Source of the DNA: Thermoanaerobaculia bacterium
GTDB taxonomy: Bacteria; Acidobacteriota; Thermoanaerobaculia; UBA5066
Length of the DNA stretch: 64,000 bases
Assembly (NCBI GenBank): GCA_038245905.1
Contig: JBBRRY010000015.1
Location: 19,361 to 83,360 of the forward strand
Reading direction: 5' to 3'
Shown piece after piece: positions 51,441-60,747 of this stretch. The first letter of the stretch is position 1, and every line of letters begins with the position of its first letter. Under the pieces are notes generated by a model. The model saw nothing but the letters and a program-made list of their open reading frames with translations. It was not told the origin of the DNA and made no database searches. The position numbers were made by a program, and so were the translations under genes.

Positions 51441-52685
51441 ATGGAAAAACGCACGGACTCTCCGTATCCGCGTCTCGACCGCCCGATCCTGGCCGTCGTC
51501 GGCGTCCTCCTTGTCATCTCGTGCGCGCTCTTCGCGTGGAGCGACCGCAACCACGACTGGCGCTACTACCAGGCCACGTTCCGGGCCCAGGTCGCGGAGA
51601 AGCTTGGAGCCGAGAAAGCGAAGGAGCTGCACCCGGGTCTCCAGCAGGTGTGGGTCGCCGATCTCAAGCGCGCCGACCGCTGCATGACGTGCCATCAGGC
51701 GGCCCTCTGGAAGGGTTTCGAGACCGCAGAAGAGCCGCTCCGGACGCATCCGGCGGGACCGTTTCGGAACCACCCCGTCGAGAAATTCGGCTGCACGTCC
51801 TGCCACGGCGGACAGGGCTATGCCGTGGACGCGACGGAGGCCCATGGACTGATCGAGCACTGGGAGGAGCCGCTGCTCGGCAGGACCCTCGGCGAGGCCT
51901 ACTCGCTCGTGGACGACAAGAACGCGGCCATGCAGATGAACTGCAACGTCTGCCACCGGTACGACCGCGAGACGAAGGGCGCCGACGCGATCAACCTCGG
52001 CAAGAAGCTCGTGGTTGAGAAGGGCTGCCGCGCGTGTCACGTCGTGAACGGGCGTGGCGGCTCGATCGGACCGGACCTGACGAACGTGGGCGAGAAGGCG
52101 GCCGAGCAGTACGAATACGGCCGTCTCTCGGGGCAGAAGACATCGTTCGCGTGGCACGTCGCGCACTTCAAGGACCCTCGTGCACTCGCGCCCGAGACCG
52201 TCATGCCGAACTTCCACTTTTCGACGAAAGAGGCGCAGGCCCTCTCGATGCTCGTTCTCTCGTGGCGGAGGGCGCCGGTTCCGGCCGACTACCGCCCGGG
52301 AACGCCTCGCACGGACCCGCAGACGGCGGCCGAGGTCGAAGCCGAGGCGAAGATGAAGACCGGCCCGGGCGCGTGGTTCGTCAAGACGGGCTGCTTCGTC
52401 TGCCACTCGATTCAGGCGCTGGGCGTGAAGAGCCCCGCGCAGATCGGGCCGGACCTCTCGACGGCGGTCGAGGACGTGCAGTCGCGCTTCGGCCGGACTC
52501 TCGACGACTTCCTGAGGGAGCCCACGGGCACGATGTCGGTCGTCCTCTCGCGCCAGATCATCCTGACTCCCGAAGAAAAGGCCATCGCCGTCGGAAAGCT
52601 CCGCGAGGCGTTCGCGGAGTACCAGAAACAGAAAGCGGAGGACGCGAAGGGAAAGAAACCCGCGGCCTCCATCGCCGCCCACTGA
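51441..52685 (+). CDS. Membrane-anchored pentaheme cytochrome c
   Basis: N-terminal TM; CMTCH, CTSCH, CNVCH, CRACH and CFVCH. Confidence 0.92.
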   Translation: MEKRTDSPYPRLDRPILAVVGVLLVISCALFAWSDRNHDWRYYQATFRAQVAEKLGAEKAKELHPGLQQVWVADLKRADRCMTCHQAALWKGFETAEEPLRTHPAGPFRNHPVEKFGCTSCHGGQGYAVDATEAHGLIEHWEEPLLGRTLGEAYSLVDDKNAAMQMNCNVCHRYDRETKGADAINLGKKLVVEKGCRACHVVNGRGGSIGPDLTNVGEKAAEQYEYGRLSGQKTSFAWHVAHFKDPRALAPETVMPNFHFSTKEAQALSMLVLSWRRAPVPADYRPGTPRTDPQTAAEVEAEAKMKTGPGAWFVKTGCFVCHSIQALGVKSPAQIGPDLSTAVEDVQSRFGRTLDDFLREPTGTMSVVLSRQIILTPEEKAIAVGKLREAFAEYQKQKAEDAKGKKPAASIAAH

Positions 52686-52716
52686 GGATCACGCCTCGAG
52701 CCGAAGGAGAAGAGAA

Positions 52717-54588
52717 ATGAGACAAGCCTCCGGGAAATGGAAAGCCACCGCCGCGATCGCGTCGATCTTTGCGGCCGCCCTCGTGGCCTGGCAGTGTGCG
52801 CCCTCGGCGCCGAAGGGCGCGAAGAAGGGTCCCGCGAACGCCTCGGACCAGTCCGTCGCGGCGATGAAAACCTACGTGGCCCCGGGCGATCTAGACGAGT
52901 TCTACATGTTCGCGTCCGGTGGGCACTCGGGGCAGGTCTACGTCTACGGAATCCCGTCGATGCGGCACCTCTCGACGATCCCCGTCTACACGCCGTATCC
53001 CGCCACCGGCTACGGTTTCGACGACGAGTCGAAGGCGATGCTCGGGAACCTGACATGGGGCGATGCTCACCACCCGGCGTTGTCGGAGACGAACGGCGAC
53101 TACGACGGCCGCTGGCTCTTCATCAACGACATGAACGGCCGCATCGCGCGAATCGATCTCAGGGACTTCAAGACGAAGCAGATTTTCGGGCCGGTCCCGA
53201 ACGTGTCGGGCAACCACTCCGGATCGTACGTCACGCCGAACACCGAGTACGCGATGATGGGGTCGCGGTTCTCGATCCCGATCCCGAAGGGCAAGGTCCT
53301 TCCCCTCGATAAATACGCGACGGAATGGAAGGGCGTGCTCGCCGCCATCAAGATCGACCCGAAGACGGGCACGATGTCGCTCGCCTGGCAGATCCTGATG
53401 CCTCCCTTCGACTACGACCTCGGCGACGCCGGTAAGAAAGTCTCTGACGGCTGGATGTTCTGGACCTGCTACAACGCCGAGCGTGCAACAGGCAAGCTCG
53501 AGGTCACGGCCTCGCAGCGCGACCGCGATTACATCGCGGCCGTGGACTGGCGGGCGGCCCAGAAAGCGATCGACGAGGGGAAAGGAGACCTGATCGGCGG
53601 CGTGAAGGTCCTCGACCCGAAGAAGGTGCCGGGGATCGTGTGGCTCATGCCGTGCGGCAAGTCGCCTCACGGCGTGGACGTCTCGCCCGACGGCAAGTAC
53701 ATCGTCGGCTCGGGCAAGCTCCAGGGTGTCACGACCGTCTTCAACTTCGAGAAGATCCAGACGGCGATCCGCAACAAGGACCTTACCGGCGACGAGGACG
53801 GGATCCCCGTCCTGAAGTACGAGTCGATCAAGGACGCCGAGGTCGCGGTGGGCCTCGGCCCCCTCCACACGCAGTTCGGGCCGGACGGCTACGCGTACAC
53901 GTCGCTCTTCGTCGACAGCGCGATCGCGAAGTGGAAGCTCGGCACCTGGGAGGTCGTGGACAAGATCCCGATGTCCTACTCGATCGGCCACCTCGCGGCC
54001 GCCGAGGGCGACACCTGCACGCCGAAGGGCAAGTACCTCGTCGGTCTGAACAAGCTGTCGCACGGCCGGCATCTGTCGGTGGGGCCCGGGCAGCCGGAGT
54101 CGTCGCAGCTCGTCGATATTTCCGAGGAGAAGATGAAGCTTCTCTACGACGCGTTCACGGAGCCCGAGCCGCACTACGCCCAGATCGTCCTTGCGAAGAC
54201 ACTCCATCCGATCGAGGTCTATCCCAAGGAAGAGAACAAGAACCCGCTCGCGATCTGGGATCTCAAGGACGCCGGCGTCACGCGCGCGGGAACGAACGTC
54301 ACGGTGAAGGTCGTCCTCGTGCGCTCCACGATCACGCCGCAGGCCATCGAGGTGAACCAGGGAGACACTGTGAAAATCGCACTGACGAACATCGAGCAAA
54401 CGACGGACGAGCTGCACGGCTTCGGCCTGCTCGACTACAACATCAACATCGTGTGCGATCCGGGTGAGACCAAGGTCGTCACGTTCAAGGCCGACAAGCC
54501 GGGTGTCTTCCCGTACTACTGCACGAACTTCTGCTCCGCGCTCCACCAGGAGATGCAGGGCTACCTCATCGTGAAGGGAAAAAGCTGA
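52717..54588 (+). CDS. nosZ: Nitrous-oxide reductase, clade II (Sec-dependent)
   Basis: SGGHSGQ; CuZ His motifs DAHH, GNH, PHG, GPLH, GH, EPH; CuA HGF...CTNFCSALHQEM; no twin-Arg signal; no C-terminal cytochrome c domain. Confidence 0.96.
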   Translation: MRQASGKWKATAAIASIFAAALVAWQCAPSAPKGAKKGPANASDQSVAAMKTYVAPGDLDEFYMFASGGHSGQVYVYGIPSMRHLSTIPVYTPYPATGYGFDDESKAMLGNLTWGDAHHPALSETNGDYDGRWLFINDMNGRIARIDLRDFKTKQIFGPVPNVSGNHSGSYVTPNTEYAMMGSRFSIPIPKGKVLPLDKYATEWKGVLAAIKIDPKTGTMSLAWQILMPPFDYDLGDAGKKVSDGWMFWTCYNAERATGKLEVTASQRDRDYIAAVDWRAAQKAIDEGKGDLIGGVKVLDPKKVPGIVWLMPCGKSPHGVDVSPDGKYIVGSGKLQGVTTVFNFEKIQTAIRNKDLTGDEDGIPVLKYESIKDAEVAVGLGPLHTQFGPDGYAYTSLFVDSAIAKWKLGTWEVVDKIPMSYSIGHLAAAEGDTCTPKGKYLVGLNKLSHGRHLSVGPGQPESSQLVDISEEKMKLLYDAFTEPEPHYAQIVLAKTLHPIEVYPKEENKNPLAIWDLKDAGVTRAGTNVTVKVVLVRSTITPQAIEVNQGDTVKIALTNIEQTTDELHGFGLLDYNINIVCDPGETKVVTFKADKPGVFPYYCTNFCSALHQEMQGYLIVKGKS

Positions 54589-54607
54589 AGAAGGGATCCT
54601 TACCAAG

Positions 54608-55255
54608 ATGAAGAACATCCTCGCGAAGAGCAATCGGTTTCTGGAGCTACCTCTCGATCTCGGGCCTCGCGGCCTCCTCTTGGTGGCCGTCCTCCTCCTC
54701 GTCCCGTCGTACTTGTTCCCGCTCTGGACCCTCACGATGTTCGCGCCCCAGTACGGCGACGGCCTGCGGATGCAGATCTACAGCTGGAGGCTGGACGGCG
54801 GGAACGGCGGCCAGGACATCAAGGAGATCAACGTACTCAACCACTACATTGGCATGCGCGACCTCACGACGGCGGACTTCACGGAATTCAAGTGGATTCC
54901 GTTCGTCGTGGGCATCCTGGCTCTCCTCATGCTGCGGACGGCCGTCCTCGGGAAGATGTCGCACCTCCTGGACAACGTCGTGCTCTATCTCTACTTCGGC
55001 GCGTTCTCGCTCTGGTCGTTCGCGTTCAAGCTCTGGAGCTACGGGCACAACCTCGCCTCGACGGCGGCCGTGAAGGTCGACCCGTTCATGCCCCCGATGT
55101 TCGGCTACAAGAAGCTCGCGAATTTCGAGGTCTATTCGTATCCGGGTGTCGGGTCGTATGCCCTCGGCCTCGTCGCGGTCGTCCTCGTCCTCGCGATGGC
55201 GCTCGCCGTGCGCGGGGGCAGACGCTTGTCCGCAAGCGCCGCCGGCTCCTCATGA
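54608..55255 (+). CDS. nosB: NosB-like four-TM protein
   Basis: PLW....APQY..GL, IN.LNHYIGM, YGHNL and PP..G.K...NF; directly after clade II nosZ. Confidence 0.85.
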   Translation: MKNILAKSNRFLELPLDLGPRGLLLVAVLLLVPSYLFPLWTLTMFAPQYGDGLRMQIYSWRLDGGNGGQDIKEINVLNHYIGMRDLTTADFTEFKWIPFVVGILALLMLRTAVLGKMSHLLDNVVLYLYFGAFSLWSFAFKLWSYGHNLASTAAVKVDPFMPPMFGYKKLANFEVYSYPGVGSYALGLVAVVLVLAMALAVRGGRRLSASAAGSS

Positions 55256-56610
55256 TCGCCTTGCCCTTCGTCCTTCTCCTGCAAGTCACCGGCAACATGG
55301 AGCCGGTGACGCCGGGGGGACTCGAGGGGCGCCCGCCCACGGCGGAGGCGTCCGCGCTGCAGGCGCGCGTGGACCGCGCGTCGCCGGGAGAGACTGTCGT
55401 CGTCGAGCCGGGCACGTACGCGGGGGATCTCGTGCTGGACCGTCCCGTCCGTCTCGTGGGCCGGGGGCGGCCTCTCCTCATGGGTTCCGGAAAAGGGAGC
55501 GTCGTGCGCGTGCGAGCGGACGGCGTCGTTCTCGAAGGATTCGACATCGACGGCCGGAGGGGCGGCGATCTCGGGAGAGATTCCTCGGGTGTCCACGTCG
55601 CCGCCCGAAACGTCGTCGTCCGCGACTGCCGGATCTCGGAGGCCCTGTTTGGAATCTACCTCCGGCAGGCAGACGGCGTCGTCGTGGAGCGCTGCCGCAT
55701 CCGCGGCATCCACGGCAAGGATCCGGGAGAGAAGGGCTCGGGCCTGCACGTCTGGGACACGAAGGGCTTCATGTTCAGGGACAACGTCATCGAGGACGTG
55801 CGCGACGGCTTCTACATCCAGTCCTCCTCGGGCGGGACGATCGCGGGCAACGTGGCGCGGGACCTCCGTTACGGCCTCCACTACATGTTCTCGGACGACA
55901 ACACGTTCGAAGACAACACCTTCGAGAATGGCGCGGCCGGCGCGGCGCTCATGTACAGCAAGCGCATCGTCTTCCGGCGCAACCGCTTCGTGAGGAACCG
56001 CGGATTCGCGTCGGTGGGGCTGCTCTTCAAGGCCTGCGACGACGTCCTCGCCGAGGACAACCTCATCGCGGACAACGCGCGCGGGATCTTCCTCGAGGGC
56101 TCGTACCGGAATATCTTCCGGGGAAACGTCGTAGCTCTCTCGGACGCCGCGATCGTCCTCTACGACTCGTGCGGCCAGAACCGTTTCGAGGGCAACTCGT
56201 TCGTCGGAAACCTGACGCCTCTCGCGCTCGTCGGGCAGCGAACGGACACCGTCTTCGACGGGAACTACTGGTCGGACAACCGCGAGCCGGATCTCGACGG
56301 CGACGGTCGCTCGGACCGGCCGTTCCCGCTCTCGAGCGTCTTCGACCACCTGCGAGGAAACCTCACGGCCGCGGACCTCTTTTCGCGGAGCGTGGCGGCC
56401 CGCGCGCTCGGGGCCGCGGAGCGTGGCTTTCCCGTGCTCCGGGAGGTCGAAGTCTTCGACCACACGCCGCTCGCGCACCCGCCGGCGCTCCCACGCGTTC
56501 CGCGGCCCGAAAGGCCGCCCGCGGGACGCGGGGCGCTCGCGCTCGCCGTGTCCGGCCTCTCGCTCCTCGGCGGCGCCGGTGTGCTTCTCACGGGGCGGAG
56601 GCAGGCGTGA
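55252..56610 (+). CDS. nosD: N2O reductase maturation protein NosD
   Basis: Parallel beta-helix; RYGLHYMFS, GAALMYS and GNYWSD..DLDGDG. Confidence 0.92.
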   Translation: MIALPFVLLLQVTGNMEPVTPGGLEGRPPTAEASALQARVDRASPGETVVVEPGTYAGDLVLDRPVRLVGRGRPLLMGSGKGSVVRVRADGVVLEGFDIDGRRGGDLGRDSSGVHVAARNVVVRDCRISEALFGIYLRQADGVVVERCRIRGIHGKDPGEKGSGLHVWDTKGFMFRDNVIEDVRDGFYIQSSSGGTIAGNVARDLRYGLHYMFSDDNTFEDNTFENGAAGAALMYSKRIVFRRNRFVRNRGFASVGLLFKACDDVLAEDNLIADNARGIFLEGSYRNIFRGNVVALSDAAIVLYDSCGQNRFEGNSFVGNLTPLALVGQRTDTVFDGNYWSDNREPDLDGDGRSDRPFPLSSVFDHLRGNLTAADLFSRSVAARALGAAERGFPVLREVEVFDHTPLAHPPALPRVPRPERPPAGRGALALAVSGLSLLGGAGVLLTGRRQA

Positions 56611-57347
56611 TCCGCTTCGAGTCCTTCTCGAAGAGCTTCGGCGCCCAGCGCGCCGTCTCGGACCTGACTCTCGCGATCGCGCCCGGAGAGATCGTCGCGC
56701 TCCTGGGGCCGAACGGCTCGGGAAAGACGACCTCGCTGAAGGCCGCCGCGGGCCTGATCCATCCGACGAAGGGCGGCGTCACCGTTGGCGAGGCCCGGCG
56801 GCCCGCGACCGAGCCCGCGGCGCGCCTCTCGCTCTCCTTCCTTCCGCAGAAGGTGTCCTTTCCCGACTCCCTGACGGGGCGCGAGGTCCTCGACTTCTAC
56901 CGCGCGCTCCGGGGCGTGCCGCCGGGGCGCGTCGACGCCGTCCTCAGGATGTCGTCCTTGAACGGAGCTTCGGCCCGCGCGGTGGGAACGTACTCGGGTG
57001 GCATGGCGCAGCGGCTCGGGCTCGCCGTCGCCGCGCTGCCCGACACGCCGATTCTTCTCCTCGACGAGCCGACGGCCGCGCTCGACCCTGACGGGCTCCG
57101 CGCGTTCTACACGCTCGCGGAGGAGCGCCGTCGCGACGGCAAGACCGTCCTCTTCACGACGCATCAGCTCGGGGACGTCGAGCGCCTCGCGGACCGTGTC
57201 GCAATCCTCGTGGGCGGGAGGCTCGTCGCGCTCCTGACGCGGCGCGCGCTCGAGGACTGGCTCCTCGCGCACGGAGTTCCGCTCGTGCGCGCCGAGACGA
57301 GTCCGCTCGAGGACCTGTATCGGGAGCTCGTCGGGGAGGAAACGTGA
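56607..57347 (+). CDS. nosF: ABC ATPase NosF
   Basis: GPNGSGKTT, YSGGM and LLDEP; position between nosD and nosL. Confidence 0.88.
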   Translation: MIRFESFSKSFGAQRAVSDLTLAIAPGEIVALLGPNGSGKTTSLKAAAGLIHPTKGGVTVGEARRPATEPAARLSLSFLPQKVSFPDSLTGREVLDFYRALRGVPPGRVDAVLRMSSLNGASARAVGTYSGGMAQRLGLAVAALPDTPILLLDEPTAALDPDGLRAFYTLAEERRRDGKTVLFTTHQLGDVERLADRVAILVGGRLVALLTRRALEDWLLAHGVPLVRAETSPLEDLYRELVGEET

Positions 57348-57802
57348 ACGCCCGCGCGCTCCCCGTCGCACTCCTCCTCGCCGCCCTGGCGGGCTGCTCG
57401 CGCGGCCCTGCGGCGCCCATCGCGGTCGACACGAAGAACGACCGCTGCGCCTGGTGCCGTATGGCCGTGTCGGACGCGCGCTTCGCCGCGCAGCTCGTGT
57501 CGCCGTCGGAGGAGCCCCGCGCGTTCGACGACATCGGATGCCTTGCGACGTTCCTGAAATCGGGCGGCGCTCCCGCGAAGGGACAGGTCGCCTACGTGGC
57601 CGACCACCGCACGAAGGCGTGGGTGCGCGCGGCGGGCGCGGTCTACACGAAGAAACCCGGCCTCGCGACGCCGATGGGCTCCGGCCTCGTCGCCCACGCG
57701 GAGGCCGCGTCCCGCGACGCGGACGCCGAGGCTGTGGGCGGGAGCCCGGTTTCCCGAGAGGACGTGTTCGGTCCTAACGGCGCCCCGGACGGCGGCCGAT
57801 GA
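57344..57802 (+). CDS. nosL: Copper chaperone lipoprotein NosL
   Basis: LAGC lipobox, CAWCRM, FDDIGC and TPMG.G. Confidence 0.92.
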   Translation: MNARALPVALLLAALAGCSRGPAAPIAVDTKNDRCAWCRMAVSDARFAAQLVSPSEEPRAFDDIGCLATFLKSGGAPAKGQVAYVADHRTKAWVRAAGAVYTKKPGLATPMGSGLVAHAEAASRDADAEAVGGSPVSREDVFGPNGAPDGGR

Positions 57803-57809
57803 GCGCGAC

Positions 57810-58649
57810 ATGAGCGCTTCTCCCGGCCCCTTCCTCCTCTGCGCGCGGCAGGAGCTGCTTCTCGCGGTCCGCTCCCGCTGGACCCAGATTTTCGCGGCGG
57901 TCTTCGCGGTGCTCGCTCTCGCCGTCGCGTCTTCGGGCTACGTGCTCTCGGGCGGCCACGGCGTGCAGGACTTCGCGCGCACGGCGGCGTCGCTCGTCGA
58001 GCTGGTGCTCCTCCTCGTGCCCCTCACTGCGCTCCTGATCGGGGTCCTCGCGCTCGCCCCCGAGCGCGGAGCGGCGGAGCTGCTCTTCTCGCAGCCGGTC
58101 GCGCGGCGCGCGATCCTCTTCGGCAAGGTCACGGGCCTGTTCGGCGCGCTCGCCGCGGCGCAGGCCGTCGGGTTCGGCGCGGCCGGCCTCGTCATCTTCT
58201 CGCGGGCGGGCGGCTCAGGGCTCGGCGGCTTCGCGCTTCTGATCCTCGGATCGTTCGTTCTGACGGCGGTCTTCCTTGTCCTGGCGGCGCTCGTCTCGTC
58301 AGGAACCGTGGGTCGCCGTACGCGGGCGCTTGCGATCGCGCTCGTCGTGTGGTTCGGCGCCGTCGTGCTGTTCGACGTGGCCGCGCTCGGATTCGCCTCG
58401 CTCCTCCCGTCCGGTCCCGCATCGCGCGTCCTCATCGTGTCGGTGCTCGTGAATCCCGCGGATGCGGTCCGGACCGGCGCGCTTCTGGGGATCGAGGGAA
58501 GCGGCGCCTTCGGTGCGGCATCCCTCGCGCTTCTGCGCTTCACGCACGGTCCCGTCGGCGCCGCAATCCTCCTCGCCGCTTCTCTCCTCGTCTGGATGGT
58601 CGTGCCGGCTCTGCTCGCCGCGCGCCGGCTGGACAGGGCGGATCTCTGA
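57810..58649 (+). CDS. nosY: ABC permease NosY
   Basis: RT.ASL...L.LVPL, ELL.SQPV.R and NP.D..R; multiple TMs. Confidence 0.9.
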   Translation: MSASPGPFLLCARQELLLAVRSRWTQIFAAVFAVLALAVASSGYVLSGGHGVQDFARTAASLVELVLLLVPLTALLIGVLALAPERGAAELLFSQPVARRAILFGKVTGLFGALAAAQAVGFGAAGLVIFSRAGGSGLGGFALLILGSFVLTAVFLVLAALVSSGTVGRRTRALAIALVVWFGAVVLFDVAALGFASLLPSGPASRVLIVSVLVNPADAVRTGALLGIEGSGAFGAASLALLRFTHGPVGAAILLAASLLVWMVVPALLAARRLDRADL

Positions 58650-58690
58650 GACTTCCGGAACTTCCAGTGAGCGAACCAAAGGGGAACACC

Positions 58691-59305
58691 ATGATGAGTT
58701 TCATCCGAACGTCCGTCGTCGTCGCGTCTGCTCTGGTCACGATCCTGTCGACCGGTCCGGCTCTGGCCCACTGCGATACGGCCGACGGCCCCGTCGTCGC
58801 CGACGCGAGGGTCGCGCTCGAAAAGGGAGACGTCACGCCCGTTCTCAAGTGGGTCAGGCCCGCCGCGGAAGTTGAGGTCAAGGCGGCCTTCGCGCGCGCG
58901 CTTGCGGCACGCGGGAAGGGCCCGGAGATCCGGGCGCTGGCCGACGAGTACTTCTTCGAGAACCTCGTGAGGATCCATCGGGCCGGAGAGGGCGCGCCCT
59001 ACACAGGCATCCTGCCCGCCGGAACGCCCGTCGAACCGGCGATCGCGCTGGCCGACGAGGCTCTCGGCAGCGGCAACGCCGACAAGCTCGTGAAGGCCAT
59101 CGCGCACCACGTCGAGGAAGGGATCCGCGAGCGGTTCGCGCGCGCCGCAGCCGCGAAGAAACAATCCGGCACGAGCGTGGCGTCCGGGCGGGAATTCGTC
59201 GAGGCGTACGTGGAGCTCACGCACTACGTCGAGCGCCTGCACCTCGACGCCACGACGTCGGCCTCGCACGGCGCGGGGGCGCCTGCGGCCGAGCACAAAC
59301 ACTGA
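58691..59305 (+). CDS. Secreted helical protein, DUF6448-like
   Basis: Signal peptide ending ALA, then HCDTADGPVV; FFE.LVRIHRAGEGAPYTG; GRE.V.AYV...HYVE; His-rich tail. Confidence 0.8.
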   Translation: MMSFIRTSVVVASALVTILSTGPALAHCDTADGPVVADARVALEKGDVTPVLKWVRPAAEVEVKAAFARALAARGKGPEIRALADEYFFENLVRIHRAGEGAPYTGILPAGTPVEPAIALADEALGSGNADKLVKAIAHHVEEGIRERFARAAAAKKQSGTSVASGREFVEAYVELTHYVERLHLDATTSASHGAGAPAAEHKH

Positions 59306-59408
59306 ACGTGGCTGGCCGCTGGGGGGACGCGGGAGTCGTCTGAATCTGGAATCTCGCGCCTGACCCGTTGGAGGAACCCCTCGCTACCGTGGTGGAGCCA
59401 CGCCGTCC

Positions 59409-60437
59409 TCACGGGGACGCCGTGCCGACCGCAAGCCGGACGAGCCGTCGCAGGAGGCCGACGAATGCGAGGATCCAGGCGCCCAGCGCAACCCAGACGA
59501 CGACGCGCGGGATGGCGAGGAGGAACGGTAGGTTCACGACATGCGCCAGCCGGAACGTGCAGGCCGTGTACATGCCGAGCGGGAAGATGGCGCCCCAGTA
59601 GAGAGGGTCATACGTGAGCGGAAACCGCCTCAGGACGTGCCGCCAGACGCCGAGGATGAAAAGCATCGGAATCCACCAGGTCGCGGTCGCCCAGAAGAAG
59701 AGCGTGAAGCCGAGGACGAAGGGCGAGAGCGTGGCGAGGAGGGGCGAAAGGGGCGCGCTCGCGTAGAGGAGCGTCCCCGCGAGCGTTGCGATCGCCATGG
59801 CGCCCATGTTGATCCAGTAGGGCGGCATGAGGTCTGAAGGCAAGAGCCTGAAGAAGGTGTAGCGGTAGAAAATGAGGGAAATCAGCCAGATGTACAGCAT
59901 CCCGCCCGCGAGCCAGAAGACGACCGATGTGAAGAGCAGCGCCTCGGCCCGCGCGCGGAAAGCGGGGGCGAGGAGCGAGGCGAGCGTCGAGACGGATTCC
60001 GTCGCGACGACCGCCAAGAGCCACCCGCCGTTGATGCCCGTGTCGAGCGCCGGCTTCTCGTCCTTCACGGTGAGCGCCGTGAACACCGCGTAGACGAGGA
60101 CGAGCCACAACGCGAGCGTGAGGAACCAGAGGACGAGCGCCGGTCCTGGCGCGTCGCGGAGGACGACGAGCTGCGACCCGAAGACGCTCGTCGCCGCGAC
60201 GGTCGTAAAGAAACCGACACCTCGCTGGTGGTCCGCGAGGTCGGCGAGGACCTCGCGCGGAAAGCGGACGATCCGGACCAGCGTGACGGCCCACAGCGCG
60301 ACGAACGCCGCTGCGTTCACCCAGAGCAGCGCTTCGGCCACCTCCGGCATTCCCATGAGGTGCGTGGAGATCGACACGATCCCCGTCGCCATCACGAGCG
60401 CGAAGTAGGCGGGATGGAGCGTGCGGACAGCCTCCAT
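59409..60437 (-). CDS. TDT/SLAC1 (tellurite resistance/C4-dicarboxylate) family anion transporter
   Basis: PAYFALVMATGIVS, INGGWL, PPYWINMGA.AI and YWG..FPLGMY. Alternative ATG at 60473. Confidence 0.9.
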   Translation of the reverse strand: MEAVRTLHPAYFALVMATGIVSISTHLMGMPEVAEALLWVNAAAFVALWAVTLVRIVRFPREVLADLADHQRGVGFFTTVAATSVFGSQLVVLRDAPGPALVLWFLTLALWLVLVYAVFTALTVKDEKPALDTGINGGWLLAVVATESVSTLASLLAPAFRARAEALLFTSVVFWLAGGMLYIWLISLIFYRYTFFRLLPSDLMPPYWINMGAMAIATLAGTLLYASAPLSPLLATLSPFVLGFTLFFWATATWWIPMLFILGVWRHVLRRFPLTYDPLYWGAIFPLGMYTACTFRLAHVVNLPFLLAIPRVVVWVALGAWILAFVGLLRRLVRLAVGTASP

Positions 60438-60512
60438 CCGAGGTGCGGTCCCGACCGATCCAGGCAACGTCATCGAATGTCTCTCTCGCCCCATTCTGCC
60501 TTCTCCACTGCC

Positions 60513-60528
60513 CATGATGCCGGTCATA
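60513..60528. promoter_or_regulatory. Second copy of the Crp/Fnr-like palindrome
   Basis: CATGAT-GCCG-GTCATA; 14/16 identical to the 47597 site; upstream of the TDT gene. Confidence 0.55.
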
Positions 60529-60747
60529 CGGTTATCGCCGTCGAGGCCGTAACGTCTGGTCGTGGCAGGTTGACATGAGCACCACCCTCGGCACCACCGT
60601 TCCGTCCGACGCCCCGACCGGCACGTCGTCTGAGGCTGTCAACCGGGCGAGCGACATCCTCGCGCTCGCGGCGCTCGGGGAGGCCGCCCAGCCTCCCGTG
60701 CGGTTGGCCCGGGGTCGGGTTGCGAAGCCGCTCATGTGAAGCTGGCG

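Noticed and set aside
52717-54588. Clade I or a novel divergent N2O reductase
   Set aside because: No Tat motif or nosR; FCSALH CuA motif and nosB neighbour are standard clade II.
60575-60739. 54-aa plus-strand ORF (MSTTLGTT...) and overlapping 67-aa minus ORF
   Set aside because: No recognisable motif, atypical codon usage, in a decayed region; cannot be supported.
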